DNA of 64,000 bases from Paraspadella gotoi (GCA_051294375.1 CM119268.1:22155165-22219164); one strand, 5' to 3'; counted from the first letter of the stretch, positions 1-14,833 are shown. Notes: a model not told the origin generated them from the letters alone. Numbers and translations are program-made.

Positions 1-449
1 TTAATCCACCAATCCTTCTCTTTAATCCACCATTCCTACCCTTTAATTCACCATTCCTACCCTTTAATTCACCAATCCTTAATCTTCTCGCCAAGAAAGT
101 CGAGTTCGACTGCACTAGATCGCGCTTTCAGCCAAGAAACGAGAAAAGAAAGAAAAGAAGACAGAGAGAGAGAGAGCGAGAGAGAGAGAGAGAGATAAAG
201 AGAGAGAAATAGATAGAGAGAGAGGAGAAAGAAAAAATAGTGAATGAAGAAAAATCTTTTTTTTTTCGCAGAGTAATTTGTCGGTATGGAATATGCGCAG
301 GCGAAGAAAGAGAGAGAAGGAGAGAGAGAGAGAGAGCTTAGGCTGAGCTCAAAATCTGTCTCTATGTTAATTATAAATATAGATTGTAATAAACATGTAG
401 AATTATGAAAATTTATTGCATTGTTATATAAAAGTTTCAAGTTGGTATA

Positions 450-770
450 AGGTCAAAGATAAAAAAAAGAAAAGAATCAAAAGTCAAATGGCAAAAAGGG
501 TCAAGAGGTCAAGGGGTCAAAGAGTCAAATGGAAAAAAGGCTCAAGTAGTCAAAGAGTCAAATGGCAAAAAGGGTTAAGTAGTCAAAGAGTCAAATGGAA
601 AAAAAGTTCAACAGGTCAAAGAGTCAAATGGCAAAAAGAGTCAAGGGGTCAAAGAGTCAAATGACAAAAAAGGTTCAAGTAGTCAAAGAGTCAAATTGCA
701 AAAAGGATCAAGGGGTCAAATAGTTAAATGGCAAAAAGGGTCAAGGGGTCAAAGAGTCAAATGGCAAAGA
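450..770. repeat. Minisatellite, ~40-bp unit (gtcaaagagtcaaatggcaaaaagggtcaagg..)
   Basis: About seven imperfect tandem copies are directly visible. Confidence 0.85.
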
Positions 771-957
771 TTTAACTTTAAAAAAAAAGAACTTGTTTAG
801 AAAAAAATGAAAAAAGTTTCGAATCGCGAAAACCTGGAAAAAAAAGTTTTCTCAAGGACAAATGAAGGTCACGAGCGAAAGACGAGGGAAACGCAGACAT
901 TTGAATTTTCTAGTTTCCCCAAATTCAGTCATCAGTTTGCATAAAATTTGATCGAAT

Positions 958-1132
958 TCTCTGCTCCTACTGCTGTTCCTCTTAATGGATCCTGCTTCTG
1001 TTAACGACTCCTGCTCCTGTTAACGGCTTCTGCTCCAGTTAACGGCTTCTGCTCCTGTTAACTGCTGCTGCTCCTGTTAACTGCTGCTGCTCCTGTTAAT
1101 GGATTCTGCTCCTGTTAACTGCTACTGCTCTT
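958..1132. repeat. Minisatellite, 19-22-bp unit (ctgctcctgttaacggctt)
   Basis: About eight imperfect copies. Confidence 0.8.
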
Positions 1133-2837
1133 CTTATACTGCTTCCTGATTATTGTTGGTTTTTTTTTTCGTTTTGAATCAACCGTGATTATGATTTGTA
1201 AGAATTTATAAAATTGTACATGTTGTTCGAAAAAATGTTCTAGTATTTTGTAAAGGAGGATATGTAAGATGGAAGGGAGAAAATGAAAAGGAAAGAGGAA
1301 GTAGAAGAGAGGATGAAGAATTAATGAAAAGGAGGAAGTATTAATGTGCAAAAAAGAAGAAGAGGTTATAATAATATAATATATAATAATATTATAATAT
1401 ATAATATGCAAAAGTTATAATAATAGTGAGGACGCGTCGTCTCGCCATCGTCTGTTCGGCGCGAGATGCAAATGCTCTCATGATTATATTTTCGTCTGAG
1501 GGAAAAAAAGAAGGTGAAAAAAGGAGAGATGAAAATAAAAAGAAAGAAGGAGAGATGAAAATAAAAGGAGATGCAGAAGGAGAAAAGAGAAGGAGAGATG
1601 AAAATAAAAGAAGACGCGGAAGGAGATAAAAGAAGGAGAGATGAAAATAATAGGAGACGTGGAAGGGGAAAAGAGAAGGAGAGATGAAAATAAAAGGAGA
1701 CGTGAAAGGAGAATAAAAGGAGAGATGAAAAGGAGAAAGGAAAAAAAAGGGAAACTATAAAAAGGTGAAGAAGGCTGCGTAGAAGGAGAGAAAGGTCACG
1801 AGGGGAAAGAAGAAGAAAGAAGAAGAAATAGTAAGGAGATTCTAAGAAAAGAGGAAGAAAAAAATTGAATTTCATGACGAAAGATATCAATGAAAAACAT
1901 AATGTTAAAAAGTCTCGTGATATGAAAAGGCCAAATGTTTTAAATTTGATAACAATGTTTTAATATTATAATTTGCAATATCAAAATATCTTATAAAATG
2001 TTTTAATCTTATAAAACGGAAGAAAGCAAAAAAGAGAAGATATAAAAAAAAGAAAATAGAAGATAAAAAATTTGTAGATAACAAGGANNNNNNNNNNNNN
2101 NNNNNNNNNNNNNNNNNNNNNNNNNNNNNNNNNNNNNNNNNNNNNNNNNNNNNNNNNNNNNNNNNNNNNNNNNNNNNNNNNNNNNNNNNNNNNNNNNNNN
2201 NNNNNNNNNNNNNNNNNNNNNNNNNNNNNNNNNNNNNNNNNNNNNNNNNNNNNNNNNNNNNNNNNNNNNNNNNNNNNNNNNNNNNNNNNNNNNNNNNNNN
2301 NNNNNNNNNNNNNNNNNNNNNNNNNNNNNNNNNNNNNNNNNNNNNNNNNNNNNNNNNNNNNNNNNNNNNNNNNNNNNNNNNNNNNNNNNNNNNNNNNNNN
2401 NNNNNNNNNNNNNNNNNNNNNNNNNNNNNNNNNNNNNNNNNNNNNNNNNNNNNNNNNNNNNNNNNNNNNNNNNNNNNNNNNNNNNNNNNNNNNNNNNNNN
2501 NNNNNNNNNNNNNNNNNNNNNNNAGAGAGAGAGAGAGAGAGACAGAGATGGGGGGGAGAATATTAAAGAGGGCAGAAGATTAGCACGAGATGTCGAAGCT
2601 TAACTAGAATCAGCTTCGAAACTGAGTTCTTAATTGACAGATGAGATGCGACGAGTTTGATCATCTCTTAATCGATTGTTAGGCATCAAATATTTCCCAA
2701 ACTCACTTAAAACAGATCGTTTCAAAGTCAGGAGCAAGATACTTTTATATAACAGTTGTACCGATTTTAATAAATTAAATACTTAACTATGAATCGAAAT
2801 TCATTCCCTTCTGATACGTTCAAACGACGAAGTTTTG

Positions 2838-2930
2838 TGACGTCAATCGTGAGTCACGTGAGAGTCGAATTCTTTTTCTTGTCACGTGACCCAAACGCGT
2901 TTTTGTGCTCGCACGTGACGAAATTGACGC
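2838..2930. promoter_or_regulatory. CpG-rich cluster of CRE, AP-1 and three CACGTG E-boxes; candidate promoter or enhancer
   Basis: TGACGTCA (~2838), TGAGTCACGTG (~2850), GTCACGTGAC (2881-2890) and GCACGTGAC (~2911) fall within about 90 bp. Confidence 0.35.
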
Positions 2931-4386
2931 ATAGAGCGTAGTGCATAGTGCATAGTGCTTAGTGTATAGTGCATAGTGCGCGACGCTAATGACTCTTGTG
3001 TGAGACGCACTGAATCTTCTCGTAACGCACACATTGACTTATGCTTATAACGATAGAGGTTTATGAGTATTGAGTAATTCACTTAAACCTCTCATGTATA
3101 TTGTGTCAGAACTACACAATATTTAGGTAGTGTACATGATTCTTTGACTCTCAAGTGTGATACATTATCTCATTTGTGATCAATGACCTTGTGAGTAAAA
3201 TTCTCAAGTGATCAATGGTGTCTTTCTAAGACAAACTGAGAACTACTACTCGTATTCAATTGAGTCTCTATCCACAACGCATCGACTCATGTACGACGTG
3301 GCGCAACAAGTCTTCCGTGCGCGACGCACCAAGTCTCGTGCGACGCTCGGAGACTCGCGCGACGCACCGACGCACAGAGTCTGTCTCTCGCTCTTTCCAG
3401 AAATCACGTTAGTCGAAGAAAATTCTCGATGAATCCAACTTCGTATTTCGTTATTTTTCCGAATATTTTTTTTCCCTTTGAATTCGTAAAAGTTGATGTT
3501 TTGGATTTTTGGCGATGGTGGCCGGAGTTTATTTTATAATTATTATTAATATTATACTTTCTTTTTTTTGTAATTAAGAGATAATAAAAGTATTTTAATT
3601 TTTATTTCGGCATTTTGTCCTTTAACGACGCAGATTGACAAACATGTCACTTTGCAAAATCTTCAAATCGCCCATTCGACTTTTCGCTGTTCTTCCATTT
3701 CTGCATTTCGCCATTTTTTTTTTCATTCAGGCGCTATTTTGTAATTGACTATATATCATCAATGTTTCATCAACGTATCGTTCATATGCCATCCACGTAT
3801 CATCCACGTATCACCAACTTGTCATTTTCTTCCCGCTCTCCTCACCGACGCGTCGTTGCAAAATTTGATGATTATAGCTGCAGCTCAATGCAATGCAGTG
3901 TGTTGCAATGCAATGCATTCCAATACGATTCAATAAAATGCAATGCAATACGAATCAGTGCAATGCAATTCAATGTAATTCACTCTCTGTGACTCTCTCT
4001 CTATCTGACCTTCACATCCAGATCGAATGACTCTGTCTCTATCCCTTCTGTTAAAGACGCTCTCTCTATCTGACTTACTTCAAATTTAGATCAACTGACT
4101 CGTGACTTTATCTTATTCTCGCTCCGAATTTCTATCATTGACTCTCACTCCATCTGACTTTCTTCGTTCCTAATATTCTCGGACTGGCTCTGTCTCTGTC
4201 TAACTCTTAAAACATCCGGGGACGAAAGGCGCCGGGAACACGTTCCTCACTCTCTCTCTCTCTCTCTTTCTCTCTCACTCTCTCTCTTTCTCTCTCTCTC
4301 TCTCCCTCTCTTTCCTGTGGCTTTGCCCCAAACCGGAAGGAGAGTGCACGGGCACTTTAAGACCTTTTGAAAAAAGCAAGGAAAAG

Positions 4387-4421
<35 letters not shown>

Positions 4422-4777
4422 AGAGGAGGAGATAGTTGAAAAAGAGTGAAGGTTGATGGGCTGCTTGAGAGGTTCGTCAGACAGAGTGAGAGAGAGACGG
4501 AATGAGAGAGAGTGAGAGAGAGTGAGTGTGAGAAAGAGCGCAAGAAAGAATGAAAAGTTGGTGAGAGAGCGAAATAGAGTTAGAGAGAGAGAGAGAGCGA
4601 TGTGATAAAGAATTGAGAGATTAAGAGTGAAAAAGATGTGGAGGGGTGAGAGAGAGAGAGGGCGAGCGAGGTGAGTAAAGATTTGAGAGGAATGGAGTAG
4701 AAAGGAGTAGAATGTAGGAGGGAGAGAGAAGAGAAGAGGGAGAGAGAGAAGAGCGAGTAGAGAGCGAGTAGAGGAAT

Positions 4778-4808
<31 letters not shown>

Positions 4809-5858
4809 AAGAAGCAGGAGTGATGAGAGCAGAGAGATGAGCAGAATGAGAGTGAAAGAGAATGTAAGGGAGGGAGAGAGAGAGGAGATGAGAGGGAGAG
4901 AGGATAGAGATAGAGAGCGAGTGAGAAAGAAATGAGAGTGAAGGAAGAGATGTAAAGAGAGATGTATAGGGAGGAGAGGAGAAGGAAGAGAGGAAGAGAG
5001 AGGAGAGCGAGAGGAGATAGAACGTGAGAAGAGAGAGAAGAGGGTTGAAAAGAGAATGTACGGAGAGAGAGAGAGAGAGATAGAGAGAGAGAAGAGAGAA
5101 GATGAGAGTATTGAGGAGTCTGCCTTCTTGGTCATGCACGACCGTAAGGGATATTTTGTAGCGTAGGAGACGACGACGACGAACGAACGACGACGACGAT
5201 GACGACGACGCGGCAAAAAACAACTGTGAATAAAAAAAAAATTAAAAAAAAGAACGAAACTACAAAAAAGGAAAATAATCAAAGGGGAAACGGTGGATTA
5301 ACGAGGCTATTAAGAGAAAAGAAAAAATTTTAGAGTTGAAAAAAGGAACAAATGAAGGAGAAAAAAGAAAAAAAAGAGAAAAAGAATAAATGTAGATAGA
5401 ATTTTTTAAAAAAAAATAATAAAAAAATAACGTTTTTTTCGTCGTAAAAAATGTAAAAAAAAATTAAATAATAATAATAATAAATAAATATAAATAAATA
5501 TTTTATTTCGTTATCATCTTCCTGTTTCTCTCCCAGGACGTTTCTCTCATTTCTCTCTCACTCTCTCTCGCGACCGTCGTCTCCACGTCGATAGTGACTC
5601 TGTCTCCACGTCGATAGTGACTCTGTCTCCATTTCCCCCCCTCAAGATCGTGACTCTCTCTCCATCTCGCCCTTTCTTCCTTCGATCCTCGAGTGGATAT
5701 TAGTGATTTTTCTCTCACGCGTCGTCTTCTTAGTTCTCTCTCCATCCCCGCCTTCGACTCCGTCTCTCTTTCGGCCCCGCGTCTCGCTCTCTATCTCGCT
5801 TTTCAACGCTCTCTCCCGACGGCGACACCATGATTCCTTCGTGAGGCCGAAACGCCGC

Positions 5859-5894
<36 letters not shown>

Positions 5895-7363
5895 CGACGG
5901 CGGCGGCGGTCGGCGAAACAAGGGGAAACCTGGCACAACAAAAGTACCGCAAGGTGGGCGTGGCTCTTGTTGTCGTTGTCGTTGTTGACGCTGAAGTGGT
6001 TGTGCTCAGGAGAGTGTCGAGCCGTTTAGGGGTAGACAGTAGAGTGGTGCACTGGGGAACATAAATTTTATTTGAGGGAACAAACAAGAATATTTAGATG
6101 TGAGATAGTATGATGAAGGTGTACAAAAAATATTTTGCTTACATTGTTTGGGGAACAGTAAGTTATCATTAATTACATTATAATTATAATATATATATAA
6201 AATATATACACTAATTTTAAAAAAAAAATTTATATTAAAGATTCTGATATCTTAATATATATATATATAGTTTTTTTATATATATTTATATAATATAATA
6301 GTTTTATTAATATAGTCTTTTTGATATATATTTGTAATATAATTAGATTAATTGTACTGAATAACTTGTTGTATTCCAAATGAATAATATATATATATAT
6401 TCAGTTTTTTGGAATATATATATATAGAAAAAAAATATATTATATATATATATATTTTTTATATAGCTTTAATAATTTTTTATTAACATATACAGGCAGC
6501 AAAAAAACATATTCCATCGCTATCATATATTCCATAAAACTAACCACAAATATCAACACACAAAGTACCGAGGTACCGGGTATTATAGAGACATATCCGG
6601 AAATAGATATATATATTAAGTACATAGAAGTAGTTTATTATCATATTTTGAATACAGGATATTAAAGATAAAAAATATGCTTTGGACTTGCACTGATAAT
6701 ATAAATAAATAAAATTGTGTTCGTAATTGTTCCATTTGCTTAACTCTAATAAGAATAATATAATAATTAAAAACTCTTTATACCACCTAATTATTCCTGG
6801 CAGACCGTTGTAGTCGTCTTCCTCAAGTAGATAATATTAGATATATATATATTCAAGACTTAAGACGTAAGACCTAAGACTTAAGTCTTAAGTAGGATTT
6901 AATCGATTTTATTCGATGGGCGAAGAATTCAATTTGGGCTACGAAGTCGAACGACGACGACGATGACGACAACTTTCAACTACGTTTGCTACCATTTATT
7001 TGCTGCAGCATACCATTTTTATTTCTCGCACATTTTACCTTTCAAAATCCAATATAATATAACCTTTCCTATTCATTTTTATCATAATATACATCATATA
7101 TATAAAAGAGCACCACGGACTCCTAGCACACAGCGACAAAACAACACTCGCGCCAGTCTGAAGTTTCCTGCGCGAAGCCCAAAACACAAACAGGTTAACA
7201 ATATAATTACTGCCAACACACACATCCCAAAGTCAGTCCCCTCAGGGCCTCACCCTCCGATGCCCATCCAGGGTTTTCAACCGAAGAATTGAACTTTTCG
7301 ATCCCGAATCCCCCCTTCGTCGTCCTCGGCCTCTCCCCTCCTTCTCCTCCTTCCGCCCACTAG

Positions 7364-8815
7364 GAACAAACCGGGATAGAAATATGCTCGAGAGGAGAGA
7401 GAAAGTTGTAAAGACTAAGATTTTTGCTGAAGGGTACTATAAGCTTCTGTTCTTTTGTTCCAGCTTTCTGTGTGCTTAGATTTTCAGTAGTGGTTATTTG
7501 AATTATTCGGTTGTGAATGTTTAGGTCGCGTTTGGGTTGAGGTGAGTTGGTACGGGGTTGTCAATGTGCTTCGGTCCGGGAGAGGGGTAGGAGAGATGGA
7601 GAGAATGTGAGAGAGAAGAGAGACTAGAGAGAGGGAGAATTTACAAAGAATCAGAGATAAGCATTCAAAGATACAACTGTTGATTATTAGCCGTCCGTGC
7701 CCGTCGTAAACTTCGCAATTTTCATTCGCTGCTCTTTGGGTTTCTAAAGTGGTATTTTCGTCTAGAAGCTATATAAATACCAAACTATGACCAAGCGTTG
7801 ATGAAACTCGAAACCAAACCTTCGAAAACAAATCTGTTTTTTACTGTTAAAATAAAAAACTTGAATAAAATTTTCTGAAATAAAGCTTTAAATTTCTAAT
7901 CTTTCAGGGACGAAGACGAAGTTCAGCCGCGTCACGACGCGTCGCGCCCATTTGCTCACACTCAGCATCTGCTACTGCCTTCGGCTAGCTCTCCTCCGAG
8001 CGTACGCTCGACCGACGACTATTCCTACCCGCTACTTGGAGCGCCGCCGCCGCCGCGCCGCCTCCTACTTCCAGGTGAGGTTCTCCGCGAAAAGACGACG
8101 ATACCCGACAATACACACGAGGAGAGGAAGGCGACTACGACACAAACGATGACGACGACAACGATGACGAGAGGAGAAACGAGACGATGACCACGACGAA
8201 CGACGACATAGACGATAACGACACGACGAGCAGACGACGACGACCAAATGGAAGCTCCGTGGGAAATTCGAAAAAGAATTCTTCACAGTTGAAGAAAAAA
8301 ATGTTAACTAGCGGAATTGTAATAAGCACCACTATTTTTATGTAAAAGCTGCACACTATTGAAAAGAAATGGCAGTTAACCGTATTTTATCTGAATAAAA
8401 CGATATCATGTCCCTGTAATTTCCATGCCTCCAAGACTAGCCCAACGATCTCTAACCGCCACGTCCATTCTAGCCCATCCAATGCCAGCGCAAGTGCCAA
8501 ATGATGAATATTATTTACCATCCACGCCATCTAAGCTACCAATTCAATCCAATCGCATCTTTCCATGCCACCGCGTGCCAACCTAACGCCCAAACCATCA
8601 TCCATCCATCCAACTCCTCCTTGAATGATCCCTTCCTCGATCTCAGGGCGTCTCTCGCCTCCGCGCCGCCCCAACTTTACGAACTAAAAAACGACGCCGC
8701 GAAGAACCCGCGCCACCTACTACGAGAAGGCGCTGACACGGGCGCGCGGCGTCGACCAACGCCGGTTTCCATACCAACTGCGCCGATAAAGAGACTGGAA
8801 AACGTCGTCGAGTCG
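7364..8815 (+). CDS. Candidate exons of an unidentified gene in error-rich sequence
   Basis: GC-rich blocks with splice signals: ~7364-7433 (..MLERREKVVKTKIFAE), 7908-8073 (tttcag...ccag|gtgag) and ~8647-8815 (GVSRLRAAQLYELKNDAAKN..YYEKALTRA after indel correction). Frames are broken by apparent read indels, so no product can be assigned. Confidence 0.35.
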
Positions 8816-11800
8816 AAAATCGTGGGAATCTAATCACCCCTCTTCCCCTCCCCTCTCTCCCTTCCCTCCGCATCAACAACGCATCAATGTTCCCGTCGAA
8901 TTACCGTCTCTTCCGTTTCGTGAGACGATAAAGCCGAGACACGACGACGACGACGAACGACGACGACGAGACCGTGCGACCGGTCAACTCCGTTGAGACG
9001 CCCGTTCGGAGAGACAGATCGACGTATGAGGCGGCTAGCACAACCGTAGCAACAAAAGCGTAGCGAAACCCGAAACGCGGGAACACAGCTAGCGTAGCCA
9101 GAGAGCATGCCACGCGCGGAACGTACATTGCGGGAAAGAGTGGAGTGCATAAATAGGGATCTAGAGAAATCATCTAGGAAGAGAAACTCAAGCATCGCAT
9201 TTCACATTGGCAAAATTGCCGTGACAAAGCTAACTGACAACATCAACTAGCGTAAAAGCGCAAAATTGGCAAAGTACCGTGAAACCTCAAAGAAGGATAA
9301 GAAAGAAAATGAACGGTGATGTCATCACGAGACCGCGGCTACGACACAGACGACGAGGACGACGACGATACGCCGACACACGACACGGAAACAAAAAGAA
9401 TCCCCGTTGCGGCCACGCTCCCATTCCGGCCAAACCAGCGGCCACCCCCGCAGAGTTCGCGATAATATAACCGCAAACTCGACTTTTCTTTCCTTTTTTA
9501 TTTTAGTTCCGCCGCCCTCACGCGAAACCAACCTAAAAACGACGGCGTCGTCCGTCATCTCATCACGTCATCTTCAGTCTTATTAATCGCACATAATATA
9601 TTGAATTATTGATAGCATGGCGACAACCCGTTTTACTTCTCGGCAAATTTTCAATTTGCATACATAACAACATCAATAAAAACATCACATGAAAACAGAC
9701 AAAGAACATTAGTCCACAAAATACGAACCCTACTAATATCCGCAGGGCACCACACAATTGCCAACCATGGACCATATACCCATACTGTTTCGTCACGTAA
9801 TCATCGTAATGCCGGATAAAAAAAAATCGGGGGAATCGCAATAAATCCGAAATGCCTCCATCTTCAATTGAACACTCAATTTCTAATGGCGCCGCGGATA
9901 CCCGTGAATCTAATCAGACATCAACTTTTGGGGTATCGGGGAACATCATATAATTTTTTTCTGATCAAAACCCCATGTTTCCACATCCCTAACCTCCCTA
10001 ATCCCTCCTCTCTTCTTCCCTCCCCCTTCACTCTCTAAATATCTCTTCTCATCTTCCCTACGGCATACCCCCCCCCCTCTCTCTCCTCACTCTCTCCTCC
10101 TCATCCCCCTCCTCCCTCTCCCTTCCCATCACTCCACAAAATTTCCTCTTAAATCTAAAGATTCTTCGCTAAAAAATTGATGACTCATGTATCGAACCTA
10201 AACCTCGGCTGAATTTCCAGAAACGAAAAAATCAAAATCTTCGAATATATCACACTTCCGTCTCTCGCCTTAACGCCTTGAACGGACGACGGACGACGGA
10301 AGACGGACACGGACGACGACGGAACGGAAAACGAACAACGGACAGACAAGGACGACGACGACGGACGACGGGCACGGACTGGAACGACGGACGACACACG
10401 AAGGACGGCGATGGAGCGGACGGACGAAAAACCCGGATCCTATATCAGTCGATCTGCATCAGCAGATTCGACTATACCATCAAAAAGTAGAAACATTTAA
10501 TTGAAGAATCTACTTCCGAAAACGCCGATTATAAAAAATCAGAAGTCAGATTCTACATAAATTTCCTTCAGTGCACCTCCATTATTCGTAATCCAACCGT
10601 ATAGAATAGAGGCAACAAAGATGCTAACCCTCATGAAAAATGGCGGAAAAAAAAATCGCCTTTATTTCCACCAATCTGTATAGATTATTGTTCATTCAAA
10701 TGGAGAGTATTTTTCAATTTTAAAATTTGTTATCCCGAATAGACAGCCCCGTGAACCTTTTCAAATAAGGGCACATGTAGCTCTGAGAAAAGCTGGAAAG
10801 ACCCAACAATATCATCACATAGACTTGGAATCCCTCGGCCAACCATTGCAAATTAAACGGGGGCACCAACAAAATCAAAAACATGGTTCACTAAGAGCAC
10901 CCAACATCAGGCAAGGTCGATCGAGAGGGCAACCAAAATGAGACATTTTACACCATGTTGTTATATATGAAAAAATAACTCTAATAAAAATGCAAACTTC
11001 CTAAGATAACAACTTGGCGTCCGGTCGCCACCCCAACTTCGGCCACAACTAACCATGTCAAAACCCGAATAAATAAATATTAAAAAAAACGATTCCGCCG
11101 TCGTCGCTGTCCATTCCGCCGCCGCCGTCCACCATTGCAAAAACACAATTACGAAATCGCCAGAAATAGAAATATTAAAGAAAAAACAAATAAAAAGATA
11201 ACACTAGGAAACACACATGCCAAGGATGAGCACAACCTGAAATGGTTATTGTAGGAGAAGTGGATAACTGAAATCAGTTCGGAAGCCCAGTCAAAAAATT
11301 TAAAAGAAAAAAACAAAAACTTTTAACAGGGAATAGCCTTCTTTAAATAATGAATGCAAATGAAATAATACAAATAAAACCGTAAAAATCAACTAGCAAT
11401 AATAACAAGATTAATTTAACACATCAACAATAAGTCCAACATTCAGCATTACCAACGTCTATGCTTTTCTGGATGACGAAATGACCTAAAAACAACATTG
11501 ACAAATTAATATTTAATGCCTACTAATTAATTAATATAATATAAATAATTAATACCGAAAATAACGCGCAATCCACATGTTTCTCAAACGGTAAATAGAA
11601 ATTTAAACCCAACTCGACATCAAAAATGTAAGTTTCCGCCAAACTTTTAAACATTTGTCATTATAATATATTAAAATACGAGTATTCTTAGATCTTCAAA
11701 TATATAACAAAAACGTCGTTCTGTAGTCCATCATTGGCGGCTGAAAATATTAAATCGGCATGAAAGTCAAACTGAAACATTACAGTAAATAAAATATTCC

Positions 11801-14280
11801 GGTGAACCCAAAAGAATTTCCTTCTCCGTCGTTATGCTCACAAACTGTTCAAAAAATATTAAAATTAATTTAAAAACCAACATAAAAAAAAGTATAGAAT
11901 AAAGAAAAAAATATAGTCATAAAAAGAAAATCATTAAAACGGGAAAGACAAACGCGGATCTATTCAGCCGGGATATAGTCGCCAAAAGGCTCCCTAGGCG
12001 ATTGATGCTTTTGGGAACCAACCTAGGGTACAAGGAAAAATTGACCTAGCCCTTGGTATAAATAAAACACCCAAGGTAACACATGGAAAAAAAATCTTTC
12101 TCCCACTGATGAAAAAATAATAGGNNNNNNNNNNNNNNNNNNNNNNNNNTAGTAATATCCATACAAAATAATAAATTTTCAAAATATTTTTTAAAGATTC
12201 TGATTCTTTATTTAATTTACTATGTTTGTTTGTTGATAATGATTATACTGAATCAACCTTGTTGTATTCAAATAAAATCGCATATATTTTACAAAAGTTT
12301 TTCAGTTTTTTCCGAAACTGTTCTTAAAATTGAAAAAAAATCCTTGATTTTTTTTAAAAAAGGCTTAATAATTTTTTATTACATATACAATGGCACCAAA
12401 AAAACATTGTTCCATCGCTCAATCTTTTCATCACTCCACCCTACTAGACAGCCTCCACACAAAGTCGAGGTACCGGGGTTCTTAGGTGAATCCCGGAAAT
12501 AGTTCAGGGGATTAAAAATATGTATAAAAAAATAGAAGAAAAACAATAGTTNNNNNNNNNNNNNNNNNNNNNNNNNNNNNNNNNNNNNNNNNNNNNNNNN
12601 NNNNNNNNNNNNNNNNNNNNNNNNNNNNNNNNNNNNNNNNNNNNNNNNNNNNNNNNNNNNNNNNNNNNNNNNNNNNNNNNNNNNNNNNNNNNNNNNNNNN
12701 NNNNNNNNNNNNNNNNNNNNNNNNNNNNNNNNNNNNNNNNNNNNNNNNNNNNNNNNNNNNNNNNNNNNNNNNNNNNNNNNNNNNNNNNNNNNNNNNNNNN
12801 NNNNNNNNNNNNNNNNNNNNNNNNNNNNNNNNNNNNNNNNNNNNNNNNNNNNNNNNNNNNNNNNNNNNNNNNNNNNNNNNNNNNNNNNNNNNNNNNNNNN
12901 NNNNNNNNNNNNNNNNNNNNNNNNNNNNNNNNNNNNNNNNNNNNNNNNNNNNNNNNNNNNNNNNNNNNNNNNNNNNNNNNNNNNNNNNNNNNNNNNNNNN
13001 NNNNNNNNNNNNNNNNNNNNNNNNNNNNNNNNNNNNNNNNNNNNNNNNNNNNNNNNNNNNNNNNNNNNNNNNNNNNNNNNNNNNNNNNNNNNNNNNNNNN
13101 NNNNNNNNNNNNNNNNNNNNNNNNNNNNNNNNNNNNNNNNNNNNNNNNNNNNNNNNNNNNNNNNNNNNNNNNNNNNNNNNNNNNNNNNNNNNNNNNNNNN
13201 NNNNNNNNNNNNNNNNNNNNNNNNNNNNNNNNNNNNNNNNNNNNNNNNNNNNNNNNNNNNNNNNNNNNNNNNNNNNNNNNNNNNNNNNNNNNNNNNNNNN
13301 NNNNNNTAAAACATAAAACAACTTTAGATTAACAAGTCAATCATAGAAAGAAATGGGACATACTTAGACATAAAACGTACAAGAGCATTATTTTTAAATT
13401 ACTACTAGTGCCTAACCTTGGATAAAATACCGAAGTGCCAAAACTTTCTCCATTTCAAAACTTCTTACGATTTATAATCGAATAAGCGACTTAAAAGGAA
13501 TTTCTTTTCGTTTGTAAAGGATTTTCCTGGGTTCTTAGAAATCATTTCGTGGCTTTAAGGTTTGAAGACCTTGAGAATTTGATAGCCTGGGTTCACAGCT
13601 GTGAAAGAAGGAGGTTTGGATGGCTTTTAGGGTTCGAGTTTGCTGAAGGCAAGGAGGATTCCGTTTCTGGGAGTTTGGGTTTGAAGTCGGAAAGGTCCAG
13701 AGTCCAGAAAGTCCAGAGACCTGAAATCGTTTGGGTTTAAGGCCCTTACCGGCTTACATTGATGACCATTGATCAGGGTTCGAAGCTACAATGAAGCCTT
13801 AGAATTTAGAGAGAAATTCTGAGATTGAGTCACATTCAGGAAATGAATTGGGNNNNNNNNNNNNNNNNNNNNNNNNNNNNNNNNNNNNNNNNNNNNNNNN
13901 NNNNNNNNNNNNNNNNNNNNNNNNNNNNNNNNNNNNNNNNNNNNNNNNNNNNNNNNNNNNNNNNNNNNNNNNNNNNNNNNNNNNNNNNNNNNNNNNNNNN
14001 NNNNNNNNNNNNNNNNNNNNNNNNNNNNNNNNNNNNNNNNNNNNNNNNNNNNNNNNNNNNNNNNNNNNNNNNNNNNNNNNNNNNNNNNNNNNNNNNNNNN
14101 NNNNNNNNNNNNNNNNNNNNNNNNNNNNNNNNNNNNNNNNNNNNNNNNNNNNNNNNNNNNNNNNNNNNNNNNNNNNNNNNNNNNNNNNCGCCACGTCTCT
14201 CGTCTTTGACGAAAGTGAAAACCAGTGATTCGATTAAAAGAAATCACAATTTAGTCTTTAAAGTTAATTACGTTAAAATT

Positions 14281-14329
<49 letters not shown>

Positions 14330-14799
14330 CCCGCACTCTATTCCTTCCCGCCCTCACAAAATAGACGATGAATCTGTAGATAAATGAATTCATTGATAAA
14401 AAAAGATTGATTAATAAATGAATATAAATCGTCTCTTCCAAAGACGAGATAGAATTTTACTCGAAAATCAAAATCACTCGAACGAAAATTCCTCACATTT
14501 TTTTTCCCTCTTTTAATTCTGCGAATGGGAAATGAAATTCTNNNNNNNNNNNNNNNNNNNNNNNNNNNNNNNNNNNNNNNNNNNNNNNNNNNNNNNNNNN
14601 NNNNNNNNNNNNNNNNNNNNNNNNNNNNNNNNNNNNNNNNNNNNNNNNNNNNNNNNNNNNNNNNNNNNNNNNNNNNNNNNNNNNNNNNNNNNNNNNNNNN
14701 NNNNNNNNNNNNNNNNNNNNNNNNNNNNNNGAGAGAGAGAGAGAGAGTTCATTAATCTCACACCCGCTCTCCTGGATGTAATCGCGAGAACTTAACGCG

Positions 14800-14833
<34 letters not shown>

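Noticed and set aside
4247-5282. Long ORFs (335 aa, 200 aa) and similar Leu/Ser-rich or Arg/Glu-rich ORFs at 20245, 30375, 36815, 40914 and 45545
   Set aside because: They are translations of (GA)n/(CT)n and polypurine tracts that lack stops by composition, with no domain or splice support.
6190-6610. Similarity to 12150-12510
   Set aside because: A very noisy direct repeat next to gaps; probably redundant raw-read sequence or a dispersed repeat, and not interpretable.
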